DNA of 64,000 nucleotides from Mobula hypostoma. Taxonomy: Eukaryota. The notes under the pieces are model-generated. The model searched no databases. It worked only from the letters and a program-made list of their open reading frames with translations, and was not told the origin of the DNA. The translations under genes were made by a program, and so were the position numbers. The stretch is taken from the NCBI RefSeq assembly GCF_963921235.1, contig NC_086107.1, forward strand, positions 102,426,001-102,490,000. The letters are read 5' to 3'. Of this stretch, positions 28,555 through 41,298 are shown piece after piece (position 1 is the stretch's first letter; every line of letters starts with the position of its first letter).

Positions 28555-30942
28555 CTTTGCGTATTTAAGAAAAAATGTTTTAGAACAGCAGAACCAAAGC
28601 AGGTAAAGAGGTCAAAAGAAATTTTCGAGTTCTTAAACAGAAGGTGCTGCAAGTAAATCAGTGAACCTGTTGGTTTCTGAAAAGGAGAGGCTAATTAAAC
28701 TCCAGCCATTCTGCATAATGCTGGAGGTTTCCAAGCCTTGATTTCTATCAGACTCTGGTAAGTAGGCTGTGTTCATAGCAAGCCTAAGGGTTTCTACTAG
28801 GACCAATGCTTTTCTCAATACATACTTCGACACGCACAATTTTACAAGTTTACAGATGATACAAAACCCGGAGGCACATGTGAACTGTGGGAAATCAGGC
28901 TGTGAGGATGCAGCCTTTTTGAGGCATTGCCTTTTGAAGATATCCTCGATGCTGGAGAGGCAAGTGTCCTGATGGAGCTGGCTGAGTTTGTAACTTTGTG
29001 CAGCCTTTTCCAATCCTGCGTATTAATCCCTCCATACCATAGTGATGCAACTAGTTAGAATGCTCTCCCCGGTGCATCAGCAGAAGTTTGCTGGAGTCTT
29101 TGGCAACCTCTCCTCAAACTCCTATTGAAATAAAGATGCCGTCATGCCTTCTTTGTAATTGCATTAATACATTGGACCCATGAGGGATCTTCAAAGATAC
29201 TGATTCCCAGAAACTTGAAGCTGCTCACTCTTTCCACTGCTGATCCCTTGATGAGAACTGCTGTGAGCTCCCTCAACTTCCCCTTCCTGAAGTCCACAGT
29301 CAATTCATTACTTTTACTGACATTGAGTGCAAGGTTGTTGTTGCGACGCCACTCAACTAGCTGATCTATTTCACTCCTGTACGTCTCCTCGTCACCATCT
29401 GAGATTCTGCCAGCAATAGTTGTGTCATCGGCAAACTTACAGATGGTGCTCGAGCTGTGCCTAGCCACACAGTCGTAGGTGTAGAGAGTAGAGCAATGTG
29501 CTAAGCGTGCATTCTTTGAATTGCAGCATTATTGATTGTCAGTGAGGAGGAAATGTTATGCACTGACTGTGGTCTCCTGATGAGAAAGTCAAGGATCAAA
29601 AAGATAGTAACAGACTTCAGAGAAATACAATCAGGCTGGGTGGGAGTGGCGAAGAGGAGTGGCAGAAATTAAATGGTGACAAAAATTTCAGTAAGAAGAA
29701 TGAAAGAGGCAGTCACATTACAGTGTTCCCAACTGGGGTTCATGGACCCCTTGCTTAATGGTATTGGTCCAAAGCATAAAAAAGATTGGGAACCCTACAA
29801 CTACATCGTTCTATATGAAAAGGAATACAAGAATAGAGAGAACTGAGGCTATATGAGCATAGTTTGTTCAATGTGACAGGGTAGGTTCAGAAAGCGGTTC
29901 AACGTGCATACACGATCCCAGACTTGATCAATGAAGGTGCAAAGTGGAGTACAAGAGCAAAAGGAAGTCATCATGAAGTTGCATAAAACCTGCTTCATCT
30001 ATAACCCGAGGGGTGTGTGCTGTTCTGGGTGCCTCACTGTGGAGAGATTGAAAGCTTTGGAGAGGATGCAGAAGAGAAGAGATTTTACAAAATGATTCCT
30101 ATGATGGAAGATTTTAAACTTTGCAGGAGGAATTGGATAAGTGGAACAGAGGAAGAGGAGTATGAGGAGATCTGACAGAGGAATTTAAAAGCATAGGGGT
30201 GGGAAAGACTGAGCGAAAGTGTTCCAACTGGCCAAGAACAAAGGAACATAGAATGAAACCTTTTGGTAAAAGAAACAAATAGATGCAAAGGGGAAAATAA
30301 AAAATAGATCTGATTAGTTAGGGTCTGGAATATACTGCCAGAATTGTTGAGGAGGTAGATTTAGTTGTAACTTTCAAAAGGGAGCTGGATAAATACCCAA
30401 TAGAAAAGCAAGGTGGGCAAGTAGAGCTTACCTTAGGGAAAAAAAACTAGACAGAACAGAACAAAATGGCCTCCTTCCTTGCTGGAAGCATTTTGTGATG
30501 CTGAAATCCTGCTACCAGTTATGGCCTGTATTAGAACACAGAACATAACAGCACAGTACAGACCCTTCAGCCCACAACAGTGGGCCGATCTTTAAACCTA
30601 CTCCAAGATTAATCTGACCCTTTCTTTCCACATTGCCCTCCATTTTTTAAAAGATCATCTATTTGCCTATCTAAGGGTCTGTTAAATGTCCCTAATGTAT
30701 CTACCACTATCACCACCGCAAGGCAGCATGTTCCACGCACCCACCACTTTGTGCAAGGAAAACTTACCTCAACATTCCCCTCTACTTTCGTCCCAATCAC
30801 TTTAAAATTATGTCCCCTCATATTAGTCATTTCTACCCTGGGAAGAAGTCTCTGGCAATCTACTCGATCTATACCTTTTCTACAAGGGTTTTACAGAGCT
30901 GCAACAATGAAGGCCATATGCCTTCTTAACAACTTGCTGTGG

Positions 30943-31269
30943 TAGTGAAAAAGGATCTAGAGTTTTCCTGGCATACACGATGAATAAACTCTTCTTGGGC
31001 TTCCAGCCGGGTACCAACATCGACTATAACTGACATTTCAATAACCAACTCTGTCATCTTCCTCAGGGATGAAAAGGATCTAGTGCTTTTCCGGCGTATA
31101 GGACGAATAAACTCTTTTCGGGCTTCCAGCCAGGTACAGGTATCGATTATAAATAAGGTTTCGATGACCAACTCTGCCATTCCCTGATGAAGATGACAGA
31201 GTTTATCATCGAAACGTCGATTATAATCAATACCTGTACCTGGTTGGAAGTCCGAGAAGAGTTTATTCA
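30943..31269. mobile_element. Penelope-pLTR-derived insertion: two tandem minus units plus one inverted plus unit, carrying hammerhead cores
   Basis: 9-bp TSD TTGCTGTGG (30934-30942, 31270-31278). Direct repeat 30946-31069 / 31070-31182; inverted arm 31184-31269. Confidence 0.8.
31184..31218 (+). ncRNA. Minimal type I hammerhead ribozyme motif, catalytic core intact
   Basis: CTGATGA-A-GATGA(cagagttta)TCATC-GAAACGTC: conserved core, 5-bp helix II, palindromic ACGT helix III, GUC triplet. Helix I is weak in this copy. Confidence 0.7.
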
Positions 31270-32357
31270 TTGCTGTGGAAGCTTAGACATGGTAATGTCC
31301 AGCATACACATTAGATATTGGACATAGGATGAGAAATAGAGATACTTTGTTTAAGCCCATCCTAATTAGAAAATGCCTAATTCTACTTTAATTTCAGTTG
31401 CTGACTTTGATCCATCGACCATTTCTCATTAGCTATTTGATGATCGAATTTAAAAATTTCTGTTGACTCAGCCTTGCTCCATACCCTTTGAATTAAAAGC
31501 ATGACCCCAATGTACTATGAAACAGACCAACTATAATATTAAAGAGAAACCCCTCCCCCCTTCATTTAATCAATATCTTCAGTTTTGTCCACCATGCTAC
31601 AGGAAGGATGTTAAGCTGTAGGCAAGGTATAGATGAGGTTTTATAGGATGTTGGCAGTATCGGAGAATTATAGCATAGGTCAGAGCTTTTCTTTTTTAGA
31701 ACAAAGGGGACAAAACAAATGTATAAAATTACAAAAGACTTACAAAGTGTGAAGAGAAACCATTGATTTCCCCTTGACAGAATGGGCAGTAACTAGGAAG
31801 GTAGACTTTCAAGTTAACTGCAGAAGAATTAAGAGGAAAGATTTTCCTTAACCTCAATGAATTTTGGTGACTCGAAACTGAGAGGATGGTAGCGAGAAAA
31901 TAATGTCACATGGATAAAAGAGAAAGTTTTAAAATTTAGCTTAAAAAAAAATATTGAAGGAGACTTGAAGAGCCATACTTTGCAGGGTAAAAGGACTGAG
32001 AGCTGGGTCACAAAATTAGCATAAATAATCCATTTTTAGCCTAGTATGGACTCAATGGAGCAGGCAGCTATGTTACAAATTAGTAAGAATAAGACAACAA
32101 AAATCAACCCAATCATTCCTTGTCTACCTCCAAAAAAAAAATCAGCTCTCGACATTAACAAGTGTCACAGATCTGAGAGTCCAGGACAGACAAATACAAT
32201 AATTCATATCAGTTTCTGACAATCAAATCATGTTACAAATTAATAAGAGTAAGACAACAAAAAACAAGACTCTCATATCTTGTCTACTCTTCAAAAATCA
32301 GGTCTCGATAAATCACATTATACACTAACAAACGCACAATATTGTTACTCAATGTAC

Positions 32358-32574
32358 CCATTCCAAATTTTCCATTGATGGACAACTCATCGTCATCGTT
32401 TGTCATTCCAGATATCGACTCGGACTCCAGATCTTTGTGCTGGCTCCGCTCCTCTTCTTCCATGCGCTCGTCACTCGATTCCCCGGTGGTGAAGTTCCCA
32501 TCACTGCTGCTGCATCGGTCCTCCAGGCTATCGTAGCCATCAAATAGTCCATAGTCGTCTTCTACAAAAGCCAT
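32358..32574 (-). CDS. L3MBTL2: L3MBTL2 first coding exon (acidic N-terminus); the exon extends 5' as UTR to 32592
   Basis: Acceptor ...gctgtttcag (CT at 32593-32594). ATG at 32574 in strong Kozak context (ggaATGg). Encodes MAFVEDDYGLFDGYDSLEDRCSSS...INGKFGM, resembling the LFGGYDS/MFDGYDS starts of L3MBTL2/MBTD1. Phase-1 donor G|gtacat joins the next exon to give GMATCEMCG. Confidence 0.85.
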
Positions 32575-33848
32575 TCCTGTGTCATGCTGCAGCTGAAACA
32601 GCAATGGGGGGAGAAACAAAAATCAATACAAGACTTAAACTGATGAAAGCTTCTGGGTCTGCAGTGTTAAGTTTGAACAACCATGATCCAAGTTCAACAG
32701 AGGAAGACAACATTCTGTACCTACAATGTTCCCCATTTTGTTTGTGTGGGCATGTGGCCAAGTGGTTAAGGCATTGGACTAGCGACCTGAAGGGCGTGAG
32801 TTTGAGCCCCAGCCAAGGCAATGTGTTGTGTCCTTGAGCAAGGCACTTAATCACACATTGCTCTGCAACGACACTGGTGCCAAGCTGTATGGGTCTTAAT
32901 GCCCTTCCCTTGGACAACATTGGTGTTGTGGAGAGGAGAGACTTGCAGCATGGGCAAATGCTGGTCTTCCATACAACCTTGACCAGGCCTGTGCCCTGCA
33001 GAGTGAAGACTTTCCAGGTGCAGATCCATGGTCTCGCAAGACTAACGGATGCCTTAATCCCCATTTTGTGACAGGCACTCACAACAGCATTTTCTTCCAA
33101 AGATTAGTTAGGCAATTGATGAATAGGAAGAGGTGAAGGTGGCATGGGGGGGCGGGGGGGGGAGAAAAGAAGATATGGGGGGGGTAGCTGATTTGCAAAA
33201 GAAAACAAACAGCAAATGCAAAAAAAACCCTAATAATAACAATAATAACTAAATAGTAAATAAGTAACACTGAGAACTTGAATTGAGGAGTCCCTGAAAG
33301 TGAGTCCATAGGTTGTGGAACCAGTTCAGTGTTGAGGTGAGTGACGTTTTCTATGCTGGTTTAGGAGCCTGATGGTTGAAGGGTAAAAACTGGTCCTGAA
33401 CCTGGTGGTGTGAGACCTTTCCCAGTGGCAGCAGTGAGGTGAGAGCACGGCCTGGACAGTGGACGTCATGATGAATGGATACTGCTTTCTTGTGGCAGTG
33501 CCCTTTGTATATGCTCAATGGTAGGGAGGGCTTTTCCTGTGATAGACTGAGCTGTATCCACCACTTTTTGTTGGCTTTCCCTATCTTGGGTATTGGTGCT
33601 TCAAACCAGGCAGTGATGCAACCATTCCACTGTACACCTTGAGAAGTTTGTCCAAATTTTAGATGACATGCTGAATCTATGCAGACTTCTGAGAAAGTAG
33701 AAGCAGTGCCGAGTTTCCCTTGTAGTGGCACTTACATGCCGATTCCAGGACAGACTCTCCGACACATTATGTGATGGTGAACTATTGCAGTCCCAGCAAT
33801 GGACTACCACCCTGGCATCGAAAGAGACATGAAGAAGATGATGGGAGA

Positions 33849-34593
33849 AACAACCAATCTGCTGGAAGAACTCAGCGGGTCGAGCGACATCGGTAGAAGG
33901 AAAGGAACTTTTGCCATTTTGGGTTGAAAATCTGGATTAGATCTGAGAGTGGAGAGGCAAGATGACCAGTATGAAGAGGAGGAGAGTGGTGACAAAGGAG
34001 TCCAGGTGATTGGTGGACTGAGGAGGGGTGCAAGGCAACAGGCAGGTTGTACCAGGGAGCGACAATGGAGTTGGAAGACAGTAGCAGGTGAATGATGGAT
34101 GGAGCGAAGGGAAAGAAGGGAAAGACAGAAAAAAACAGATGGAGCAAGGTGGAGAGAGGAGTGTGAAGGTTGGAGACAGCTGTTGGAGGGAGACAAGCAG
34201 GAACACCAAGCACTATGTTCTGCATTCCAATACTGACAGTCCTTGGTATTCCTGCTTATCTTGCTCCAACAGCTGTCTTCAGCCTTTACCCTCCCCTTTC
34301 CCCACCTTGTTCTATGTGGTTTTTTTTCTGCCTTTTCCTTCTTTCCTCTCTCTTTATCTGGCTCCATCTATCATTCGCTTACCACTGTCTTCCAGCTCCA
34401 CTGTAGTTCCCCTCCCTGGGACGACCTGCCTGTCACCTTACACTCCTCACACTACCAATCACCTGGAACTCCTTTCCCATCAGTCCCCCTCTCTACACTC
34501 GGTTCTGATGCAGGGATTCAACCTGAAGCACTGGTAATTCCTCTGCTCACACAGATGCTGCTTGACCTGCTGAATTCTTCCAGCAGATTGTTG
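33849..34593. repeat. Long imperfect inverted repeat (~360-bp arms, ~30-bp spacer) made of Penelope 3' sequence
   Basis: The reverse complement of 34141-34210 aligns with 34242-34312. The outer ends AACCAATCTGCTGGAAGAACTCAGC / GCTGAATTCTTCCAGCAGATTGTT also pair. Confidence 0.9.
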
Positions 34594-35790
34594 AACCTGG
34601 ACATTAACTCAGATTTGAACTGTTAACTCTGTTTCTCTTTCCACAGACGTTCCCTGACCTGCTGAGTTTTCCCCAGCATTCCAGCTCCACCACAAGTGCT
34701 CCACCGCCATCCCCCCCCCCCGCAAACCATCAAGGTCACATTGAAGAGACAGTGCCTCAAGAAGGTGGTGTTCATTACCCTCACCATCCGGGATATGCCC
34801 TTTTCTCCTTACTGCTATCAGCAGAGGAGGTACAGGAGCCTGAAGACTCAATGATTCAGGAACAGCTTCTTACCTTCCACCATCAGATTTCTGAATGGTC
34901 CATGTACACTACTTTATACTTTATTGTCACCAAACAATTGATACTAGAGCGTACAATCATCACAGGGATATTTGATTCTGCTCTTCGTACTCCCTGGAGT
35001 ACAAATCGATAGTAAATATTAAAAATTTAAATTATAAATCATAAATAGAAAATAGAAAAGGGAAAGTAAGGTAGTGCAAAAAAAACGAGAGGCAGGTCCA
35101 GATATTCGGAGGTTATGGCCCAGATCTGGGTCAGGATCCATTCAGCAGTCTTATCACAGTTGGAAAGAAGCTGTTCCCAAATCTGGCCGTACGAGTCTTC
35201 AAGCTCCTGTGCAATACCTTACTATTCTTTTGTTTTTGCACTATTTAGCTCTGTAATTCATAGTAATTTTATATCTTTGCATTGTACTGCTGTAATGCAA
35301 ATTACACATTTTATAAGTCAGTGATAATAAATCTAATTCAGTGATCTCATTGTTATCTATTAGCAATAGCCTACTGTGCATAAATTGGCTGCTGTACTTA
35401 GAAACAAGATATAAACTACTATTCAAAAATACTTCCACCAACTTTGAAACATCCTTCAACCATGAAAGGTGCTATAAAAACAAGTCTTTTTATGATCCTG
35501 GCAGTGTTTCAGATAGCTTCAGTGTTATTGAGAAGTGCAATATTAGGTCACATAATATATATCTTATCCCCTAGGATTTCACACACCTCATAGTGCAATT
35601 TAAAATGTCGTTCCGTCATCAACAGAGGTAGAAATAAAAGAATTTTAATCCACTGCACCCACATTTAACATGAGAACATAAACAGTCAATAAAGGACTAG
35701 ATCATTTGTTCTCAAGCCTGTTCTACCAGTCAACATCCATAGCTGATCTTCTACGTCCATGTTCCTAAATTCCTCTGACATACAAAAATA

Positions 35791-36322
35791 CACTCAGTGG
35801 TCACTTTATCAGATACACCTGCTCGTTAATGCAAATATCTAATTAGCCAATCATGTGGCAGCCACTGAATGCATAAAAGCAGGCAGACAGGGCACAAGGT
35901 TCAGTGGTTGTTCAGACCAAACATCAGAATGGGGAAGAAATGTGACTGTGGAATGATTGCTGGTTTGAGAATCTCAGAAACTGCTGACCTATGGAGATTT
36001 TCACGTACAACGGTCTCTGGGGTTTGCTGAGCATGGTGCAAAAAACAAAAGAAAAAAAAAACCCAGTGAGCAGTTTTTCTGTGGGTGAAAATGCCTTGTT
36101 AATGAAAGAGGACAGGTGAGAATGGCCAGACTGCTTCAAGCTGACAGGAAGGCGACAGCAACTCGAATAACCATGTGTTACAACAGTGGAGTGAAGAGCA
36201 TATCTGAATGCACAACATGTGGAACCTTGAAGTGGATGGGCTACAGCAGCAGAAGACCATGAACATCCACTCAGTGGCCATTTTTAGATACCCCCTGTAC
36301 CTAACAGAGCAGCCACTGAATG
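35791..36322 (+). mobile_element. Tc1-derived non-autonomous element
   Basis: TA|CACTCAGTGG...CCACTGAATG|TA termini, with internal sequence resembling a Tc1 5' region. A remnant of the same terminus lies at ~518-552. Confidence 0.75.
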
Positions 36323-37660
36323 TATGTTTAGAACTCAAGCAATGGCTGAGGCTCCTTTCCAAGGTACAGATTTCAAAAGGTTCAGCATTCTCTGAGTAAG
36401 AGATTTCTTGCCATTTCAGTTCAAATGACCATCTCTGATTGTGTGTCCCAGGTAAGAGATTCCTCAGCCGAGGAAACATCCCGTCAGGCCATTGAAGAAT
36501 CTTTGAGTATGACAGGATTGGGTACAGTGTTGATTTTAGAGCCCTGGAGATCTGGCTTTCCAATGAAATCAATAGTGAAAACTACTGGAGAATGTAAATC
36601 CATTATCTCGTTTAGCTTCACTTGTGTATCTCTCAGTAAGAATCTTGGGCAAGTGCCAGTAGTTATTTACCCAACATCTATCTGCCAACAGATATAACCC
36701 ATCCTCTATCAAGGCTTTGACTTGTCCTGCTAAGCCTTGTGCAACCACGGGGACAGCTTCTTCCTACACACTGAGGAGATTCTAGGCATGCAACCTAGCC
36801 CACTCCTTTGGTCTTACCAAATCTCCTTGGGACCAGTTCCCCTAACTGATAGAAGCTTTGAGTTGCTCTCTAAAGAGATGGGATTGTCTTCAACTATGCA
36901 CTGCCAATCTCTTGGTTAACCAAAGTCTTGATTTTAAAATTTGTCTCCATTTTTTTAAAAATCTCCTCAGTTTCTCCCCACCCTCATAACCTCCACCCTT
37001 ATAACCTCCTCCCTTCAAGACATGTGCATTCAAGTTCAGAATGGTTTTACATTGCTGACTGTAACCTCTCCATCACTGGGACCTTCAGCTGTTGAGATAT
37101 GAAACTCTGGAGTTTCATAGCAAACTACTCTTTAAAATACTCTTCATAATCTATGAAATCTAGCCCAGATTTTCCTTATGAGGCAAAGCTTCCATTTTTC
37201 CAGAATATGGACATGCCATTGGGGCATTTTGCCACATTAACAAACAAGAATAAAAGGAAGACAAAACAGAGTACTGAAAACACTCAACAAGTCACACAGC
37301 AACTGTGGAGAGGCAGAGTTAACAGTTCAGGTCACTGATCCTATTTCAATGTACAAACGTTAGTATTTAAGTTTTGAAATGACTGTATGGATGGCATCAC
37401 ATATCTAGATGTGCCAATAATAAACCCACTACTGATTTCATTTAATCGGAACTAAGACCATACGACATGGGAGCAGAACTAGGCCATTCAGCCTGCTCCA
37501 GCATTCCATCATGGCTGATTTATATCCCGCTAAATCCCATTCTCCTGCCTTTCTCTTGCAACTTTAGGCACCTTTACTAATCAAGAACCTTTGCTTTAAA
37601 TATACACAATGACTTGATCTCCACAGCCATATATGGCAATGAATTCCACACCTTGTAGTT

Positions 37661-37740
37661 CAGGAGTCTCCTACCTGGGTCCACAGACCCCTTGCTTAAT
37701 GGTATTGGCCACTAGCATAAAGAAAGGTTGGGAACCCCTG
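37661..37740. mobile_element. ~80-bp hAT MITE nested in a CR1 3' fragment; related copies at 29721-29796 and 42981-43038
   Basis: Shared core GACCCCTTG(C/G)TTAATGG(T/C)ATTGG...CATAAA...GGTTGGGAACCCC with the same termini as 25953-26003. Confidence 0.75.
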
Positions 37741-39339
37741 CTCTAGCTAAAGAAATTGCCCCTCATCTCTGTTCTAAAGGGGCATTCTTCTATTCTGAGA
37801 CTGTGCCCTCTGGTCCTAGACTCCCCCACCATAGGAGACATCTTATGCCATATAAAATGGCATCAAGGGTGGATTAGTATAATAAGTAGTTGATGGCTGG
37901 TGCAGGCGCAGTTGGCCAAGGGGCCTGTTTCCACACTGCATCTGAGACTCAGTAATTTAAGGCCTCGGTGTTGTTTTGCTGCCAGCGCTACTCAAACTCA
38001 AGCCGTCAGCTAATCTGTGGCAAATGCAGTGAAAAGCTCAACTCTACTCACACCAAAGGCTACATCTTCTGACAGCCACCCGCGCACCAAAATCACAGTG
38101 TCTGACAACTATTATATAAATTAGAGCTTAAAACAAACTTTGGATGTCAGCAATCTGAAAGAACAACAGAAAATACTGTTAATGTTCAACAGGCAATCAC
38201 TACACATAGGCATTTGGAAAGGTCAAATGGGATTAATGCGGACAGACAAAAAGCTCGGTAAGCTGCGATGGGCTGAAGGAATAAATTCTGTGCTGTGTGA
38301 CGTTATGACTGAGATGAGGCAGCAGAAACAGGCAACGGTTCTGGTGACGTGTCTTTGACTTGAAACATTAACTCTTGTTTCTCTTTCAGCACATACTACC
38401 CGATCTGAGTATTTCCAGTGTCTTCTTCGTTCCAATATTTTCTGCCTTTATTATGTAACTGAAATAGTGTTCAAGTTACAAAATTGGAAATCAATACATA
38501 CTGGCTGCATCATTTGCAATCGGAATATTGCAATGAAAAAGTCAGGGGCAGGTTTCAGAGCCCAAGGTAAACAGTTGTTTCTCAGAACAATTATCTTCTA
38601 TTCATCAGCAATTACTTTGATTGTCACGTGTAGCGAGGAACAGTGGGGAAAAACTACTTTGAATGGCATGCATTACAGCTCATTTTTAAAATTGTGCAGG
38701 GGAAAATTAACAGCATGCAGAATTCTGAATACAGTCACAGTAAAGGGGCAGGTACATAATAATGTGCAAGGCCACGTCGATGTAGATTGTGAGTTCAGAG
38801 TCTATTTTATTGAGCAGAGGAAAGGAGAAGTGTGCAGGGTGATTGCACAAAGTTATAAAACGTTTCAATAGCTATATCAAACAGATTCCATTCCTAAGCG
38901 GCGATGGGGCTGTTTTTTTTTTAAACGGATGTTAACACTACTGAACAAACTGACCATACGACACTGAGAATGTATGAAGTTATTGAACTGTTAATTATGT
39001 TATATTTTTTCATTACGATAAAGTTTATTAAATGTAAAAAAAAACAAATGGGCTCCAAGCAACAGTACAAACGCTTTTAAAACCAACCAACTCTCACTTC
39101 CTATACTATCTGGCAATAATATTAGGTTTTTATTTCCAAAGTGAAAGGTAGGAAAAAAAACTAACTTGAAGCAAGAGCATTAAAAATATTATTGACACAA
39201 TATGTAGGTATAGGGACATCAATTACAGAATAGGGGCTTTCATAAGAGAAGGGCAATCAATCATCGTTGAACTTGCAGCTTATCTTAATACAAAATATTA
39301 TTATTTTCAATCTATTTTAAAACAATTAAAAATAAAACT

Positions 39340-39760
39340 TACAATATTTTCCCCAGCAGATCCGTGTCCCGTGTATCTTGATTATTGAACCAAAATCACA
39401 TTGCTCCCATCTTAGGAAGAGCCACCGCGAAATAAGATGCCACCTTACTGGAGGAGACCTACATCCTCCACAACCAATGAACAGGGCTTATATTGAATGG
39501 GTAAAATGAGCTTGGGTGACAGAGCGTTCTGGGATATGTAGTCCATTGTAATTGGCGCTTTCGCACTGCTGTCAACGCACGCAAAATGCGGGAGGATCCC
39601 AGCAGGTCAGGCAGCAACTACAGTATAAAAATTAATAAACCGTCGAGGTTTCAGGCCAGAATCCTTCAGGATTTCCAGCGTCTGCAGATTTTCTCGTGTT
39701 TGTGGTTCACACTGCTGTCAACCGCTTTAGACGCCTCGTAAGCAGTTTTGAAACGATTCT
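39340..39760. promoter_or_regulatory. Candidate promoter of L3MBTL2
   Basis: CpG is locally retained, including inside an old repeat copy at 39578-39705. Motifs: TTTCGCGG (E2F-like, minus, 39425-39432), CTTCC (ETS-like), AAGATGG (YY1-like), CCAAT near 39474 and ATTGG at 39551. Confidence 0.5.
39343..39433 (-). other. Putative non-coding first exon (5'UTR) of L3MBTL2; 5' end approximate
   Basis: Consensus donor AATATT|gtaagt (AC at 39341-39342) in a CpG-retaining region upstream of the first coding exon. An in-frame TAA shows it does not extend the CDS. No transcript evidence available. Confidence 0.55.
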
Positions 39761-41150
39761 TTTCAAGCAAACTATTATAATCAATATGTTTATTTCTAAA
39801 ATATTCAAGGCATATATATTTGCAATTAGGTGATTTTTGTGGTTGTATCAGATTTTAAAAATGTGGGGTGGAACTCGATAAATTGTGTTGATAAATAAAG
39901 TAAAAACTGCAGATTCTGGAAAACTGAAATAAAATCAGAAAATGCTGGAAAACTCAGCAGTTCAAGCAGCATTGGTGGATACTGTCAACATTTAGGCTTC
40001 AAGACCCTGTATTGATCTGTTCTTGTGGGAGATGGGAGCTATTCCAAACTAAGGGTTCAGATATTTAAAACTCAAAAGTTCAAAGTAAATTTATTATTAA
40101 AGTACATATGTGTCGCCATAAATAACCATGAGAGAGATGGGACAATATTTTTTTAAATCTTTTGAAGAGTCATAAATCCTTGGAACTCTTCTTCAAAGGT
40201 CAGTGGACCCAAGAGCTTACTTTGAGGATGATATAATCCAGCTTCTAATTATAAGTGAAAGACTGACATGCAAAGGCTGGAGTTCAGATGGTGCTGGTGA
40301 ATCTGAGCACGACGGCACTTTGTGGTAAGGAATCTTACTATGACCATTCCTGAATGGCTTATGAATAAGCTTCAGGAAGGTGTCAATGGATAAATAATTA
40401 ATTATTGTCACATGCATGGAGCACAGTGAAAATTTTTGTTTTGCCTGCCATTCAAACAGGTCATTTTCCCACACCTCCACATCACTTACTGCCCATTATG
40501 CCGCTGGTATTTAGGGCAGCAATGAAGGTCCTCCATCTCTGGTGATGTTCAGGGCTTTCTTCATCATGTCAGTAGCTTCCTCTTGGTTTTCACTGCTGTC
40601 AGTCATACAAGTCCCGGGTGGAGACTCAGGAATACCGTCGCACTCAGATGTAGAAGGATTCTTCATTGCTGTTTCTGTAACAATTTGGTTTGACCAGTCA
40701 GGATTGTTAGCCCTGAGCTGAACCCCTGAACCTGGAGGACCGGTGGACCACTCTTAGTGTGGCCTCTACCCTTTGACCTGTTTGGCACAGGTGACCCTAC
40801 CAAGAGCCAAAGCATTAAGTCCAGCCATCATAGCTCTCCAGGCCACTGAGGCACGCAAGTGCCCAAACCACAACAAACTTATGGTCCTCTTGGTAACTAG
40901 CTCTGCTTAGCAGGAATAACATGACTTGTTCTGACCTGAATGTTCTATTTTATATGGAGCTGGATGTTGTAGCATAAGGCATATATTGAAATTTACAAAA
41001 AGATCACCCTAGCTTCTTACTTTCAATTCTACAGTCCTCTACTTGCCAGAGAGAGGGTGAGTGTGATCTGGTTTGCTCAATGCATTTTGCAGTCAAGGAG
41101 CAATGTCCAGTTCCAGACACCATTAATAACACTAATATTTAAATAGATGC

Positions 41151-41298
41151 ATTTCGCGCATCGCGCTTCCTGAGATGGGAGCAATGTGATTTTGGTTCAA
41201 AAATCAAGATACACAGGGCACGGAGCTGCTGGGAAAAATATTGTAAGTTTTATTTTTAAATTTTTTCAAATAAATTGAAAATAATAATATTTTGTATT
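41151..41298 (+). repeat. Inverted duplicate of 39287-39433 (putative exon 1 plus start of intron)
   Basis: GATGGGAGCAATGTGATTTTGGTTCAA(A/T)AATCAAGATACAC...AATATT|GTAAGTTTTATTTTTAA...TTGAAAATAATAATATTTTGTATT aligns with the reverse complement of 39287-39433. Confidence 0.95.

Noticed and set aside
33804..34626. Cluster of long ORFs (up to 187 aa) on both strands
   Set aside because: Artefact of the purine/pyrimidine-skewed inverted repeat; no protein homology.
39287..41298. 2-kb DNA transposon with 147-bp TIRs
   Set aside because: No TSD, no recognisable terminal signature and no transposase. The repeats carry splice and promoter motifs instead. A copy-number search is still needed to exclude it.
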